Origin: Sandaracinaceae bacterium
Lineage (GTDB): Bacteria > Myxococcota_A > Polyangia > Polyangiales > Sandaracinaceae
Length of the DNA: 46,871 bases
Direction: 5' to 3'
Assembly (NCBI GenBank): GCA_044220955.1
Contig: JBGAQA010000017.1
Coordinates: 53,827-100,697, forward strand
The notes under the pieces: generated by a model
What the model saw: only the letters and a program-made list of their open reading frames with translations
Told to the model about the DNA's origin: nothing
Database searches by the model: none
Part shown: positions 18,485 through 27,281 of the stretch, one piece after another
Numbering within the stretch: the stretch's first letter is position 1
Layout of the letters: each line of letters begins with the position of its first letter
Program-made: the position numbers and the translations under genes

Positions 18485-20440
18485 ATGACTCGCGCCGCGC
18501 CGGTCCTCTTCGCGCTCCTCGGCGTCGTCACCCTCGGGAGCGGCTGCGACTGCTCCGGGCGGCTCACGCCGCGCTCGACGCACGATGCGGCGGTCGACGC
18601 CCGCGACGACTCGGGCGGCCCGAACATCGCGGGGCTGGACTCGTTCACCGTCGCGCCGCTCGACGCCACGCTGACGATCGTCGACGGTGTCCCCGCGATG
18701 CAGACGTACCAGGCCATGGGTCACTTCGCGGACGGATCGAGCCGCGACGTCTCGGCGGCCGTCGCTTGGTCGGTCGTGGCGCCGCACGTCGTCGGAAACT
18801 TCGCCGGCAGCGTCTTCACGACCGGGACGACGAGCGGCGGGACGGGCCTGGTCGTCGCGCGCGCGAACGGTATGCAGGTGACCACCTCCGTGGTCGTCGT
18901 CGTGCGCGCGAGCCACGCGATCCCGCCCACCGGGGGCGGCGCCGTGATCCCAGCGATGCCAGCGCACCTCTTCGACGGTCCGGCCGACGCGTCGCGCGCT
19001 CCCCAGCTCGTGTATCCGAACGACGGCGTGCTCCTGCCGCCGAACCTGGGGCGCGTGGAGATCCACTGGCTGACCGGATCGAGCGCGAACACGCTCTTCG
19101 AGATCGCGTTCACGAACGCCGTGACCGACGTGCGCTTCTACGTGCGCTGCCAGGCCCCGGCGGGCGTGCGTCCCGACGGCTGCATCTACGAGCCGAGCGG
19201 CGCGTTCTGGACGTCGATCGCCGAGACGAATCGAGGCGAGCTGCCGGTGGTGGTCACCGTGCGCGCCACCGACGACGCCGGGAGCGGCGTCGGCACCTCG
19301 GGCACGATCGCCGTCCGCTTCGCGCGAGACGCGCTCATGGGCACCATCTACTACTGGACGACCTCCGCGGAGAGCATCCTGCGCTACGACTTCGGCGCCG
19401 CGACGGGCGCGGCGATGCCGGTGATCACGCCGGCGCAGGCCGACGGCACCTGCGTCGGCTGCCACGCGGTCTCGCGCGACGGACGGCGCATCTTCGCCAG
19501 CGTCGGCGGCATCGGCTCGGGCGGGATCGAGCTCTACGACCTCGCGTCGTACACCCCGCTCCGCAGCGATCCACACTCGCACGTCGTGCAGTTCGGCTCG
19601 TTCAACCCCGATGCGACCCAGCTGGTGGGCTGCTACGGCGACGACGGTGCGCCGCAGGATCGAGGCCTGCTCTTCTTCGACACGCGCTGCGATGCCGCGA
19701 CGATGGCCAGCTGCGGGCAGATCGTGGACATGCTCTCGATCGAGGGACGCGAGGTGAGCCATCCCGCCTGGTCGCCCGACGGTCGGCACATCGCGTACTC
19801 GGACGTCGACGGCGACGCGGTGTCGCAGCGCCCGCGCCACTGCGCGATCGGCATGGTCGACCGGAGCGGGACCGGCTGGAGCGCGCCGCGCTTCCTCGTG
19901 CCTCGACAGCCGGGCGTGAGCTTCATGAACCCGGACTGGGCGCCCGACGACTCGTTCCTCGCGCTCACGCGCTCGACGTGCCCCGGTGGCGATCTCGACC
20001 ACCGAGACTGCAACGGCGACAGCGACCCGAGCTCCGTCGTCCTCGCGGTCCCGCTGGCGGGCGGCACGCCCGTGGAGCTCGCGCGCGCGATGCAGCCGGG
20101 CGCGATGGATGCGGGCCGCACCGAGCTCAACAACACCTTCGCGCGCTTCGCCCCTTTCGAGTTCGTGCTCTCGAGCACCGAGGTGACCGGCGTCGAGCGC
20201 CTGATGTGGGTGAGCTTCTCGACGACGCGCGCCTACGGCCTGCGCAACCCCCCCGGCGGCAACACGGAGAGCGGTGGCCGCGGCACGTATCTCTGGATGA
20301 GCGGCGTGCGCCCCGAGTCGGTGATGGCCGGGACCGACCCGAGCTTCGCGGCGTTCGCGCTCCCGTTCCAGGATCTCGGGACCTCGAACCACATCGCCGC
20401 GTGGACGACGACGGCCGTCGGCACGCCGACGCCGTTCTAA
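18485..20440 (+). CDS. Lipoprotein with Ig-like domain and TolB/PD40-like beta-propeller
   Basis: LGSGC lipobox; Big_2-like FADGSSRDVSAAVAWS; LVYPNDGVLLPPN; SHPAWSPDG and NPDWAPDD PD40 repeats; CVGCH. Confidence 0.85.
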   Translation: MTRAAPVLFALLGVVTLGSGCDCSGRLTPRSTHDAAVDARDDSGGPNIAGLDSFTVAPLDATLTIVDGVPAMQTYQAMGHFADGSSRDVSAAVAWSVVAPHVVGNFAGSVFTTGTTSGGTGLVVARANGMQVTTSVVVVVRASHAIPPTGGGAVIPAMPAHLFDGPADASRAPQLVYPNDGVLLPPNLGRVEIHWLTGSSANTLFEIAFTNAVTDVRFYVRCQAPAGVRPDGCIYEPSGAFWTSIAETNRGELPVVVTVRATDDAGSGVGTSGTIAVRFARDALMGTIYYWTTSAESILRYDFGAATGAAMPVITPAQADGTCVGCHAVSRDGRRIFASVGGIGSGGIELYDLASYTPLRSDPHSHVVQFGSFNPDATQLVGCYGDDGAPQDRGLLFFDTRCDAATMASCGQIVDMLSIEGREVSHPAWSPDGRHIAYSDVDGDAVSQRPRHCAIGMVDRSGTGWSAPRFLVPRQPGVSFMNPDWAPDDSFLALTRSTCPGGDLDHRDCNGDSDPSSVVLAVPLAGGTPVELARAMQPGAMDAGRTELNNTFARFAPFEFVLSSTEVTGVERLMWVSFSTTRAYGLRNPPGGNTESGGRGTYLWMSGVRPESVMAGTDPSFAAFALPFQDLGTSNHIAAWTTTAVGTPTPF

Positions 20441-20572
20441 ATCTAGTGCACTGAGCTGGGGGAGCGCTTCGGTCCCGGCAAACGACGCGTCTGCTGGCCG
20501 CGTCGCGGGGCCGTCGCGGTCCGCTCGGATCGGCCGGTCTCGGCACGCTCCGGTCACGAGACCAGGGCGAGC

Positions 20573-20596
20573 GAGAGCGAGGGCGAGAGCGAGAGC
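20573..20596 (+). repeat. 4 GAGRGC hexamers upstream of fhs
   Basis: gagagc gagggc gagagc gagagc. Confidence 0.7.
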
Positions 20597-20627
20597 GGCG
20601 CGCGAAGATCCGTTATCCTCCCGCGCC

Positions 20628-22319
20628 ATGTCGAAGACGACCCTGCGTCCCATCACCGCCGTCGCCGAGGAGCTCGGCCTCAGCGCCGACGACCTGATCC
20701 CCTACGGGCGCGACAAGGGGAAGATCGACCTCGCCGCGCTCGAGCGGCCGCAGCGCGGGAAGGGCAAGCTGGTGCTCGTCTCGGCCATCACGCCCACGCC
20801 GGCGGGTGAGGGCAAGACGACCACGAGCGTCACGCTCGCGATGGGCCTCCGGAAGCGCGGCAAGAGCGCCGTCGCGTCGCTGCGCGAGCCCTCGCTCGGG
20901 CCGGTCTTCGGCGTGAAGGGCGGCGGCACGGGCGGCGGCAAGGCCCAGCTCGTCCCGGCCAACGAGATCAACCTGCACTTCACGGGCGACCTTCACGCGA
21001 TCTCGTCGGCGAACAACCTGCTCGCCGCGATCGTCGACAACGAGCTGCACTTCGCGTCCGGTGCGGGCGGCGCGGCGAGCGGCGGCGGGCTCGGCCTGGA
21101 CCCGCGGCGCGTCACGTGGCGGCGCGCGATCGACATGAACGACCGCGCCCTGCGGGACATCGTGCTCGGCCTCGGCGGGCGCAACGGCGGCGTGCCGCGC
21201 GAGAGCGGCTTCGACATCACGGCGGCGAGCGAGGTGATGGCCGTGCTCTGCCTGGCCGGCTCGCGCGAGGATCTGGCCGAGCGGCTCGGGCGCATCGTCG
21301 TGGGCAAGACCTACGACCTGAAGCCCGTGACCGCGAAGGATCTCGGCGCGCACGTCGCGATGGCGGCGCTGCTCGCCGACGCCATCCAGCCGAACCTCGC
21401 GCAGACGATGGAGGGCGGCCCCGCGCTCGTGCACGGCGGGCCCTTCGCGAACATCGCGCACGGGTGCTCGTCCGTGCTGAGCACGCGCGTCGCGCTCCGC
21501 TACGCGGACTACGTCATCACGGAGGGCGGCTTCGGCTTCGATCTCGGCGCGGAGAAGTTCCTCGACATCAAGTGCCGCACGGCGGGGCTCTGGCCCGACG
21601 CCGCGGTCGTCGTCGCGACGCTGCGGGCGCTCAAGTTCCACGGCGGCGTCGATCCCAAGAACGCGGCGGCGCCGAACGAGGCCGCGCTCGCCAAGGGCAT
21701 CGAGAACCTCGAGCGCCACCTCGAGACGGCGCGGTTCTACGGCCTGCCCACGGTCGTGGCGATCAACCAGTTCGACACCGACCCGGCGAGCGAGATCCAG
21801 CTCGTGCGGGATCGCTGCGCCGCGCTCGGCGTGCCGGTCGCGCTCTCGCGCGGGTTCGCGTCGGGCGGGGAGGGCGGCCTCGAGCTCGCCGACACGGTGC
21901 AGAGCGTCCTCGCCGCGAGCGAGGGTAAGCCCAAGACGCCGAGGTTCGCGTACGAGCTCTCGCAGAGCTACCCCGCGAAGATGGAGGCCATCGCGAAGAA
22001 CGTGTACGGCGCCGACGGCGTCGACGTGGAGGCGAGCGCGAAGAGCACGCTCGACGCGCTCGAGAAGGACGGCTACGGCGGCTTGCCCGTCTGCATGGCC
22101 AAGACCCAGCTCTCCGTCTCCGACGACGCGAAGAAGCAGGGCCGCCCGCGCGGCTTCCGGGTCACGGTGCGCGAGGCGCGCCTCTCGGCCGGAGCGGGCT
22201 TCGTCGTCGCGCTCCTCGGCGACGTGATGACGATGCCTGGCCTGCCGAAGGTCCCCGCGGCGCGCAACGTCCGCATCGACGCCGACGGGACGATCCGCGG
22301 CCTGATGCAGAACGAGTGA
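20628..22319 (+). CDS. fhs: Formate--tetrahydrofolate ligase
   Basis: TPTPAGEGKTT, LREPSLGP, KGGGTGGG, HGGPFANIAHG, CMAKTQ, MPGLPK. Confidence 0.97.
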   Translation: MSKTTLRPITAVAEELGLSADDLIPYGRDKGKIDLAALERPQRGKGKLVLVSAITPTPAGEGKTTTSVTLAMGLRKRGKSAVASLREPSLGPVFGVKGGGTGGGKAQLVPANEINLHFTGDLHAISSANNLLAAIVDNELHFASGAGGAASGGGLGLDPRRVTWRRAIDMNDRALRDIVLGLGGRNGGVPRESGFDITAASEVMAVLCLAGSREDLAERLGRIVVGKTYDLKPVTAKDLGAHVAMAALLADAIQPNLAQTMEGGPALVHGGPFANIAHGCSSVLSTRVALRYADYVITEGGFGFDLGAEKFLDIKCRTAGLWPDAAVVVATLRALKFHGGVDPKNAAAPNEAALAKGIENLERHLETARFYGLPTVVAINQFDTDPASEIQLVRDRCAALGVPVALSRGFASGGEGGLELADTVQSVLAASEGKPKTPRFAYELSQSYPAKMEAIAKNVYGADGVDVEASAKSTLDALEKDGYGGLPVCMAKTQLSVSDDAKKQGRPRGFRVTVREARLSAGAGFVVALLGDVMTMPGLPKVPAARNVRIDADGTIRGLMQNE

Positions 22320-22753
22320 CCGCGGTGACGCGGACGATCGAGCTCGCCGAGACCGACGCGGACCGTTCGCGCGCGTTCGTCGTGATGTCGCAGCTACGCC
22401 CGGAGCTCACGCTGGACGCGTTCCTCGCCCAGGCGCGGCGGCAGACGGATGCGCACGGCTGGCAGCTCGCGATCGCGAGCGTGGAGGGGCGCGTCGTCGC
22501 GTGCGCGGGCTACCGAATTGCGGAGTGGCTCGCGTGGGGCAAGGCGCTCTACGTCGACGACCTCGTGACCGACGCCGACGTCCGGAGCGGCGGGCACGGC
22601 GGCGCGCTCTTCGACTGGCTCGTCGTGCGCGCGCGCGAGGCGGGGTGCGTGTCGTTCCACCTCGACTCCGGCGTGCAGCGCTTCGACGCACACCGCTTCT
22701 ACCTACGGAAACGCATGGAGATCCGCAGCCACCACTTCTCGATGAAGCTCTGA
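22316..22753 (+). CDS. GNAT-family N-acetyltransferase
   Basis: LYVDDLVTD..RSGGHG, HLDSGVQRFDAHRFY; GTGA overlap with fhs. Confidence 0.9.
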   Translation: MTAVTRTIELAETDADRSRAFVVMSQLRPELTLDAFLAQARRQTDAHGWQLAIASVEGRVVACAGYRIAEWLAWGKALYVDDLVTDADVRSGGHGGALFDWLVVRAREAGCVSFHLDSGVQRFDAHRFYLRKRMEIRSHHFSMKL

Positions 22754-22754
22754 C

Positions 22755-23726
22755 GTGGGGTCCCGCTCGCGCACGCTCGAGGCCTCGGACGCGGGACAGA
22801 CGCTCGCCGCCATCGTGCGCGCGCTCGTCCCCGAGGCGTCGTGGAGCAAGGCGCGCGAGCTCTGCACGAGCGGGCGCGTCACCGTCGACGGGGCGATCGC
22901 GCGCGACGGCGCGATGCGCGTGCGGGCAGCCCAGACCGTCGCGGTCGATCCGCAGGCGCAGCGCAAGACGGAGAGCGGGATGCTCGACGAGGACGTCGCG
23001 TTCGCCGACGCGGACGTGATCGTCGTCCGCAAGCCTGCCGGGTTGCTCACGTGCCCCTACGAGGACGGCGACAAGGGGACGCTCGTCGACCGCGTTCGCT
23101 CGTATCTCCGTCGCACGACCCGATCGCGGGACCCGATGGTCGGGGTGGTGCAGCGGCTCGACAAGGACACGAGCGGCATCCTCGTTTTCGCCCGCTCGAT
23201 GCGCGGCAAGCGCGGGCTCGAGGAGCAGCTGCGCGCGCACACGGTGCTCCGCCGCTACGAGGCGATCGTGCACGGCGAGGCGCGCGGCGAGGCCACGATC
23301 CGCACCGAGATCGTCCAGGACCGCGGCGACGGCCTGCGCGGCTCGTGGGGCGGCAGGCCCTGGCACCAGGGTGAGGCGCCGCCTGGCGCCAAGCAGGCGG
23401 TGACGCACGTGCGAGCGATGGAGGCGCTCCGCGGTGCGACGCTCGTCAGCTGCCGGCTCGAGACCGGGCGGCAGCACCAGATCCGCATCCACCTGGCCGA
23501 GACCGGGCATCCGCTCGTCGGCGAGGTCGTGTACGTCCGCGACTTCGCGGGCCCCCGCATCGAGGCCCCGCGGCCGATGCTGCATGCGCGCGAGCTCGGC
23601 TTCCAGCACCCGGCGACGGGACGCCTCGTGCGCTGGGACGAGCCGCCGCCCGACGACTTCGAGGCGTGCCTCTCGCGCCTGCGCGTTGACACGGGGCGCC
23701 CCCGTGCGCGAGGAGTGCCGGCGTGA
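22755..23726 (+). CDS. RluA-family RNA pseudouridine synthase with S4 domain
   Basis: KPAGL, VQRLDKDTSG (catalytic Asp), LETGRQHQIRIH, LHARELGF. Confidence 0.93.
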   Translation: MGSRSRTLEASDAGQTLAAIVRALVPEASWSKARELCTSGRVTVDGAIARDGAMRVRAAQTVAVDPQAQRKTESGMLDEDVAFADADVIVVRKPAGLLTCPYEDGDKGTLVDRVRSYLRRTTRSRDPMVGVVQRLDKDTSGILVFARSMRGKRGLEEQLRAHTVLRRYEAIVHGEARGEATIRTEIVQDRGDGLRGSWGGRPWHQGEAPPGAKQAVTHVRAMEALRGATLVSCRLETGRQHQIRIHLAETGHPLVGEVVYVRDFAGPRIEAPRPMLHARELGFQHPATGRLVRWDEPPPDDFEACLSRLRVDTGRPRARGVPA

Positions 23727-24190
23727 GCGATGGCCAGGGTGAGGGCGAGATGGCGCCGACGGGGATCGACGCGCGGCCGCGCACGACGGTGGCGCTGGCG
23801 GTGCTCGCGGGCTGGCTGGTCCTGCACGTGGCGACCCCCCTCTCGTACTACCTCTCGAGCGACGTCTACGACGAGCGCTTCGCGTGGCGCATGTTCTCGG
23901 CCGTCCGCGTGCAGCAGTGCGCGGTCGAGGCGCGCGAGACGATCGGCGACGGCGCGCCGCGGCCGATCCCGGTGGCGTCCGTGCTGCCGGCTCCCTGGAT
24001 CTCGCTGCTGCAGCGCAACCGGCCGGCGGTGATCGCGCGCTTCCTCGCGTTCCGCTGCGCGTCCGACGCGCACCCGACCGAGGTCCGGCTGACGCACACG
24101 TGTCGATCCGTCGCCGGGGAGACGCTCCCGGCGGTCCACCGAACGATGCGCTGCGCGGATCGCGGGTACGAAGAGACGACCGATGAGTGA
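23723..24190 (+). CDS. Single-TM membrane protein, partner of HTTM protein
   Basis: One hydrophobic helix then DERFAWRMFS; overlaps both neighbouring genes. Confidence 0.75.
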   Translation: MSDGQGEGEMAPTGIDARPRTTVALAVLAGWLVLHVATPLSYYLSSDVYDERFAWRMFSAVRVQQCAVEARETIGDGAPRPIPVASVLPAPWISLLQRNRPAVIARFLAFRCASDAHPTEVRLTHTCRSVAGETLPAVHRTMRCADRGYEETTDE

Positions 24191-25826
24191 GCGGCGGCTC
24201 GCGGAGAGGTTCGCCTTCGGCCCGGTCGCGGCCGTGCGCCCGTGGCTCTTCGCGAAGGCCCTCTACCTGCTGCTGGCGTTCGACGTCTGGCACACGCTCG
24301 TCGGCCCTGCGTGGCGCTATGGCGCGGCGGGCTTCAACGTCGCGCACTTCGCCGTCCTGGACGCGCTGCCCCTCCCGAGCACCGAGGCGTACGTGGGCAT
24401 GCTCGTGGTCGTGGGGGCGATGGCCTTCGTCGCTGCGCTCCTCCCCCGGCCGCCGCGCTTGCTCCCGATCGCGATCACCGTGCTCTACACCTGGGGCTGG
24501 TCGTGCTCGATGCTCGACAGCTACCAGCACCACTACCTGCTGAGCGCTCTCCTGGGCGCCACGTGCCTCTTTCCCGGCGTCACGGCGCGCGATCTCTTCG
24601 GCGCGTCCGACGTCGTCCCCTCGGCCGCGCCGGCGGCGCCGGCCAAGCGGGGCAAGAAGGGCGGTGCCGTCGCGCCGCGGCCCGCGCCGTCGACGTTCCC
24701 GCACGGGCTCGTCGCGCGCGTCCGCAGCCTCGGCTGGACGATGGTCACGACGTTCTCTGGGATCGTCTACACGTTCACGGCGATCTCGAAGACGGAGCCC
24801 GAGTGGCGCAGCGGCGACGCGCTCCGCAACATCACGCACGAGGGCGCGACGATGCGCGCGCCGATGGACTTCGCGGAGAGCCTCGGGCTGGACGCCGACA
24901 CGGTCTTTCACCTCATGGGCACGGGCATGATCGCGGTGCAGGTGGTCTGCGCCCTCGGCTACCTGACGGCCTCGCTCCGGGACGGGCCGCCCACGGCGGC
25001 CGAGCGCGCCGGCCTCGACGCGGCCTGGGCGGCGCTGACGCGGGATCGCACGTGGGTCGTGATCCGTGGGGTCGTCGTGGTGCTGCTCGCGGTCGGCGTC
25101 GGCGTGAGCCTCTCGTGGGTCGCGGCGCTCGCGCTCTTCACGATCGGGATCACCCTCGGGATGCCGACCTCGTTCGTGCGCTTCGCGTTCGCTCCGCTCG
25201 GCCGCGCGCGTCCGCTCTCCCTGCTGGCGTCGCTGGCGCTGGCGCTGGCGCTCTCGTTCCACGTCGGCGCGGAGTACATCGGCCTGCAGATCGGGTGGTT
25301 CAGCTACTACATGATCGCGCTCGCCCTGGTCGCCCTGACACCGGCGCACTGGCTCGCCGCGCTCGCGGCGGTCGCGAGCGCGCCCTCGCGTACGCGCGAG
25401 CCGAGCATGCTCGCCGGGATGCCGCTCCTGGCGCCGATCCTGGGCCTGACCACGGCGGGCATCGCCGCTTTCGCGGGTGTGGAGATCGATCTGCCTGGCT
25501 CGTACGCCGCCGCGATGGCGGTCGGCCTCGTCGCGCTCGCGCTCGGCCTCGGCGCGATGTTCCGGCCGGATCTGCGCGACCCGCTCGGCCGCGCCGCTGG
25601 CGTGCTCGGCATCGCGATGCTCTCGTGCTGGTTCTCGATGACGCACGGCACCGCGCGCTACGACTTCTACCGCTTCGCCGGCGGCGACTTCCGCAGGCGC
25701 GGCGAGCACCGCGCGGCGCTCGAGGCCTACCGCGAGGCGAACCGCTACGCCCCCCCGGGCGGGAGCCGCGAGGACCGCGTCCACGAGATGGAAGAGGCGA
25801 TCCGCCGCGAGGGAGGTACGCCGTGA
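24183..25826 (+). CDS. HTTM-domain / vitamin K-dependent gamma-carboxylase-like membrane protein with C-terminal TPR-like segment
   Basis: YQHHYL, VYTFTAISKTEPEWRSG and FHVGAEYIGLQIGWFSYYM resemble HTTM/GGCX motifs (NHxYL, YxxAxxxKxxxxWxxG, FH..IGxF); many TM helices. Confidence 0.8.
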   Translation: MSERRLAERFAFGPVAAVRPWLFAKALYLLLAFDVWHTLVGPAWRYGAAGFNVAHFAVLDALPLPSTEAYVGMLVVVGAMAFVAALLPRPPRLLPIAITVLYTWGWSCSMLDSYQHHYLLSALLGATCLFPGVTARDLFGASDVVPSAAPAAPAKRGKKGGAVAPRPAPSTFPHGLVARVRSLGWTMVTTFSGIVYTFTAISKTEPEWRSGDALRNITHEGATMRAPMDFAESLGLDADTVFHLMGTGMIAVQVVCALGYLTASLRDGPPTAAERAGLDAAWAALTRDRTWVVIRGVVVVLLAVGVGVSLSWVAALALFTIGITLGMPTSFVRFAFAPLGRARPLSLLASLALALALSFHVGAEYIGLQIGWFSYYMIALALVALTPAHWLAALAAVASAPSRTREPSMLAGMPLLAPILGLTTAGIAAFAGVEIDLPGSYAAAMAVGLVALALGLGAMFRPDLRDPLGRAAGVLGIAMLSCWFSMTHGTARYDFYRFAGGDFRRRGEHRAALEAYREANRYAPPGGSREDRVHEMEEAIRREGGTP

Positions 25827-27043
25827 GCGCGGTGCATCGCGACCGAGATCGCATCGTCCTGCCGGGTCTGGCGACGGTGCACTCGCACGCGTTCCAGCGC
25901 GCGATGCGGGGCCACGCGCAGCGTGCGCCGCTCCCCGGCTCGTTCTGGAGCTGGCGCGAGGCGATGTACGCCCTGGTGGGCGCGCTCGATCCCGCGTCGA
26001 TCTACGATCTCTCGCACTTCGCGTTCGTCGAGCTCGCGCTCGCGGGGGTCACGTGTGTCGGCGAGTTCCACTACGTCCACCACCAGGCGGACGGGACGCC
26101 CTATGCCATGCGCACCGAGCTGAGCGACGCGGTGATCCGTGCCGCGCTCGACGCAGGGCTCCGCGTGACCCTGCTTCGCGTCGTCTACGAGCGCGCAGGC
26201 TTCGGCCGGGCGGTGGAGAGCGCCCAGCGGCGCTTCTTCGACGCGAAGACCGACGATTCGCTCCACGACGTGGACCTGCTCCGCGCGCGCTGGCAGCACG
26301 AGCCGCGCGTCCAGATCGGGATCGCGCCGCACAGTCTGCGTGCCGTCACGCGCGGTGCGCTCGAGGCCTCGGTGGACTTCGCCGCGAGGCACGCGATGCC
26401 GATCCACGCGCACGTGTCGGAGGTGCTCCGCGAGGTGCGCGAGTGCATCGCCGAGCACGGCCGGCGGCCGGTCGAGGTGCTCGCCGAGGTCGGCGCGCTC
26501 GGCCCGCGCTTCACGGCGGTACACGCGACGCACCTCTCGGCCGCCGAGATCGCGCTCTTCGGGGCGTCACGGTCCACGGTGTGCCTCTGCCGGACCACCG
26601 AGCGGGATCTGGGGGACGGTTTCCCCGACGTCTCCGGGCTCTCGCGCGCGGGCGCGGTCATCGCGACCGGCACCGACAGCCACGCGTCGAGCTGTCCCTT
26701 CGAGGAAGCGCGCGCGATCGAGCTGGACGAGCGGCCGCGCACTCACTCGCGCACCGTCGCGCTCGACGCCGACGGCCTGCTCGAGGCGCTCTCGTCTTCC
26801 GCGTACGCGGCCCTCGGCTGGGATGGAGCGGGCGGCGACTCCGTCACGCTCGACGCGAACGACCCCGCGCTCGCCGGCGCGAGCGATGCGCGCCTGGCGG
26901 ATGCGGTGATCTTCGGGGCCGGCCCTCGCGCGGTCCGCGACGTCGTCGTCGGCGGTACTCGCATCGTCGAGGGCGGCCACCACCCGCGCTACGAGCACGC
27001 GCGGGAGAAGTTCGTTCGCGCGGTCCGCGCGGTGATGGGCTGA
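25823..27043 (+). CDS. hutF: Formimidoylglutamate deiminase
   Basis: PGLATVHSHAFQRAMRG, SFWSWREAMY, VGEFHYVHH, GIAPHSLRAV, HAHVSE, TTERDLGDG, GTDSH; GTGA overlap. Confidence 0.92.
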   Translation: MSAVHRDRDRIVLPGLATVHSHAFQRAMRGHAQRAPLPGSFWSWREAMYALVGALDPASIYDLSHFAFVELALAGVTCVGEFHYVHHQADGTPYAMRTELSDAVIRAALDAGLRVTLLRVVYERAGFGRAVESAQRRFFDAKTDDSLHDVDLLRARWQHEPRVQIGIAPHSLRAVTRGALEASVDFAARHAMPIHAHVSEVLREVRECIAEHGRRPVEVLAEVGALGPRFTAVHATHLSAAEIALFGASRSTVCLCRTTERDLGDGFPDVSGLSRAGAVIATGTDSHASSCPFEEARAIELDERPRTHSRTVALDADGLLEALSSSAYAALGWDGAGGDSVTLDANDPALAGASDARLADAVIFGAGPRAVRDVVVGGTRIVEGGHHPRYEHAREKFVRAVRAVMG

Positions 27044-27056
27044 CCGCCGCGACGAG

Positions 27057-27218
27057 CTAGCCCTTGCTGATCTTGCCTTCCTTGTGGGCCTTGTGGGTCC
27101 GGCAGGCGGCGCAGTACTTCTTGATCGAGAACTTCTCGGGCATCGTCCGCTTGTTCTTGGACGTGTAGTAGTTCGCCCGCCCGCAGTTCTCGCACGTCAG
27201 CTTGATGAGGTCTCGCAT
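27057..27218 (-). CDS. rpmG: 50S ribosomal protein L33 (Zn-ribbon, C+ form)
   Basis: Manual translation: MRDLIKLTCENCGRANYYTSKNKRTMPEKFSIKKYCAACRTHKAHKEGKISKG*; GGAG SD; too short for the ORF track. Confidence 0.96.
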   Translation of the reverse strand: MRDLIKLTCENCGRANYYTSKNKRTMPEKFSIKKYCAACRTHKAHKEGKISKG

Positions 27219-27242
27219 CGACCGGTCTCCGAAAGGGCGGCG

Positions 27243-27270
27243 AGTGTAGCGAGGCCGGGCCGCCCGTCAA
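27243..27270 (-). promoter_or_regulatory. Sigma70-type promoter of rpmG
   Basis: Minus strand TTGACG (27270-27265), 16-nt spacer, TACACT (27248-27243). Confidence 0.75.
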
Positions 27271-27281
27271 TCCGGGGGGAC

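Noticed and set aside
20441..20627. Possible ZMP/ZTP (pfl) riboswitch upstream of fhs (contains GGGGAGCG)
   Set aside because: The conserved GACTGGCG 5' segment and CGCCTGGG 3' pseudoknot segment are not visible, and a -10 box 8 nt before the ATG suggests no leader. An Infernal/Rfam scan would settle it.
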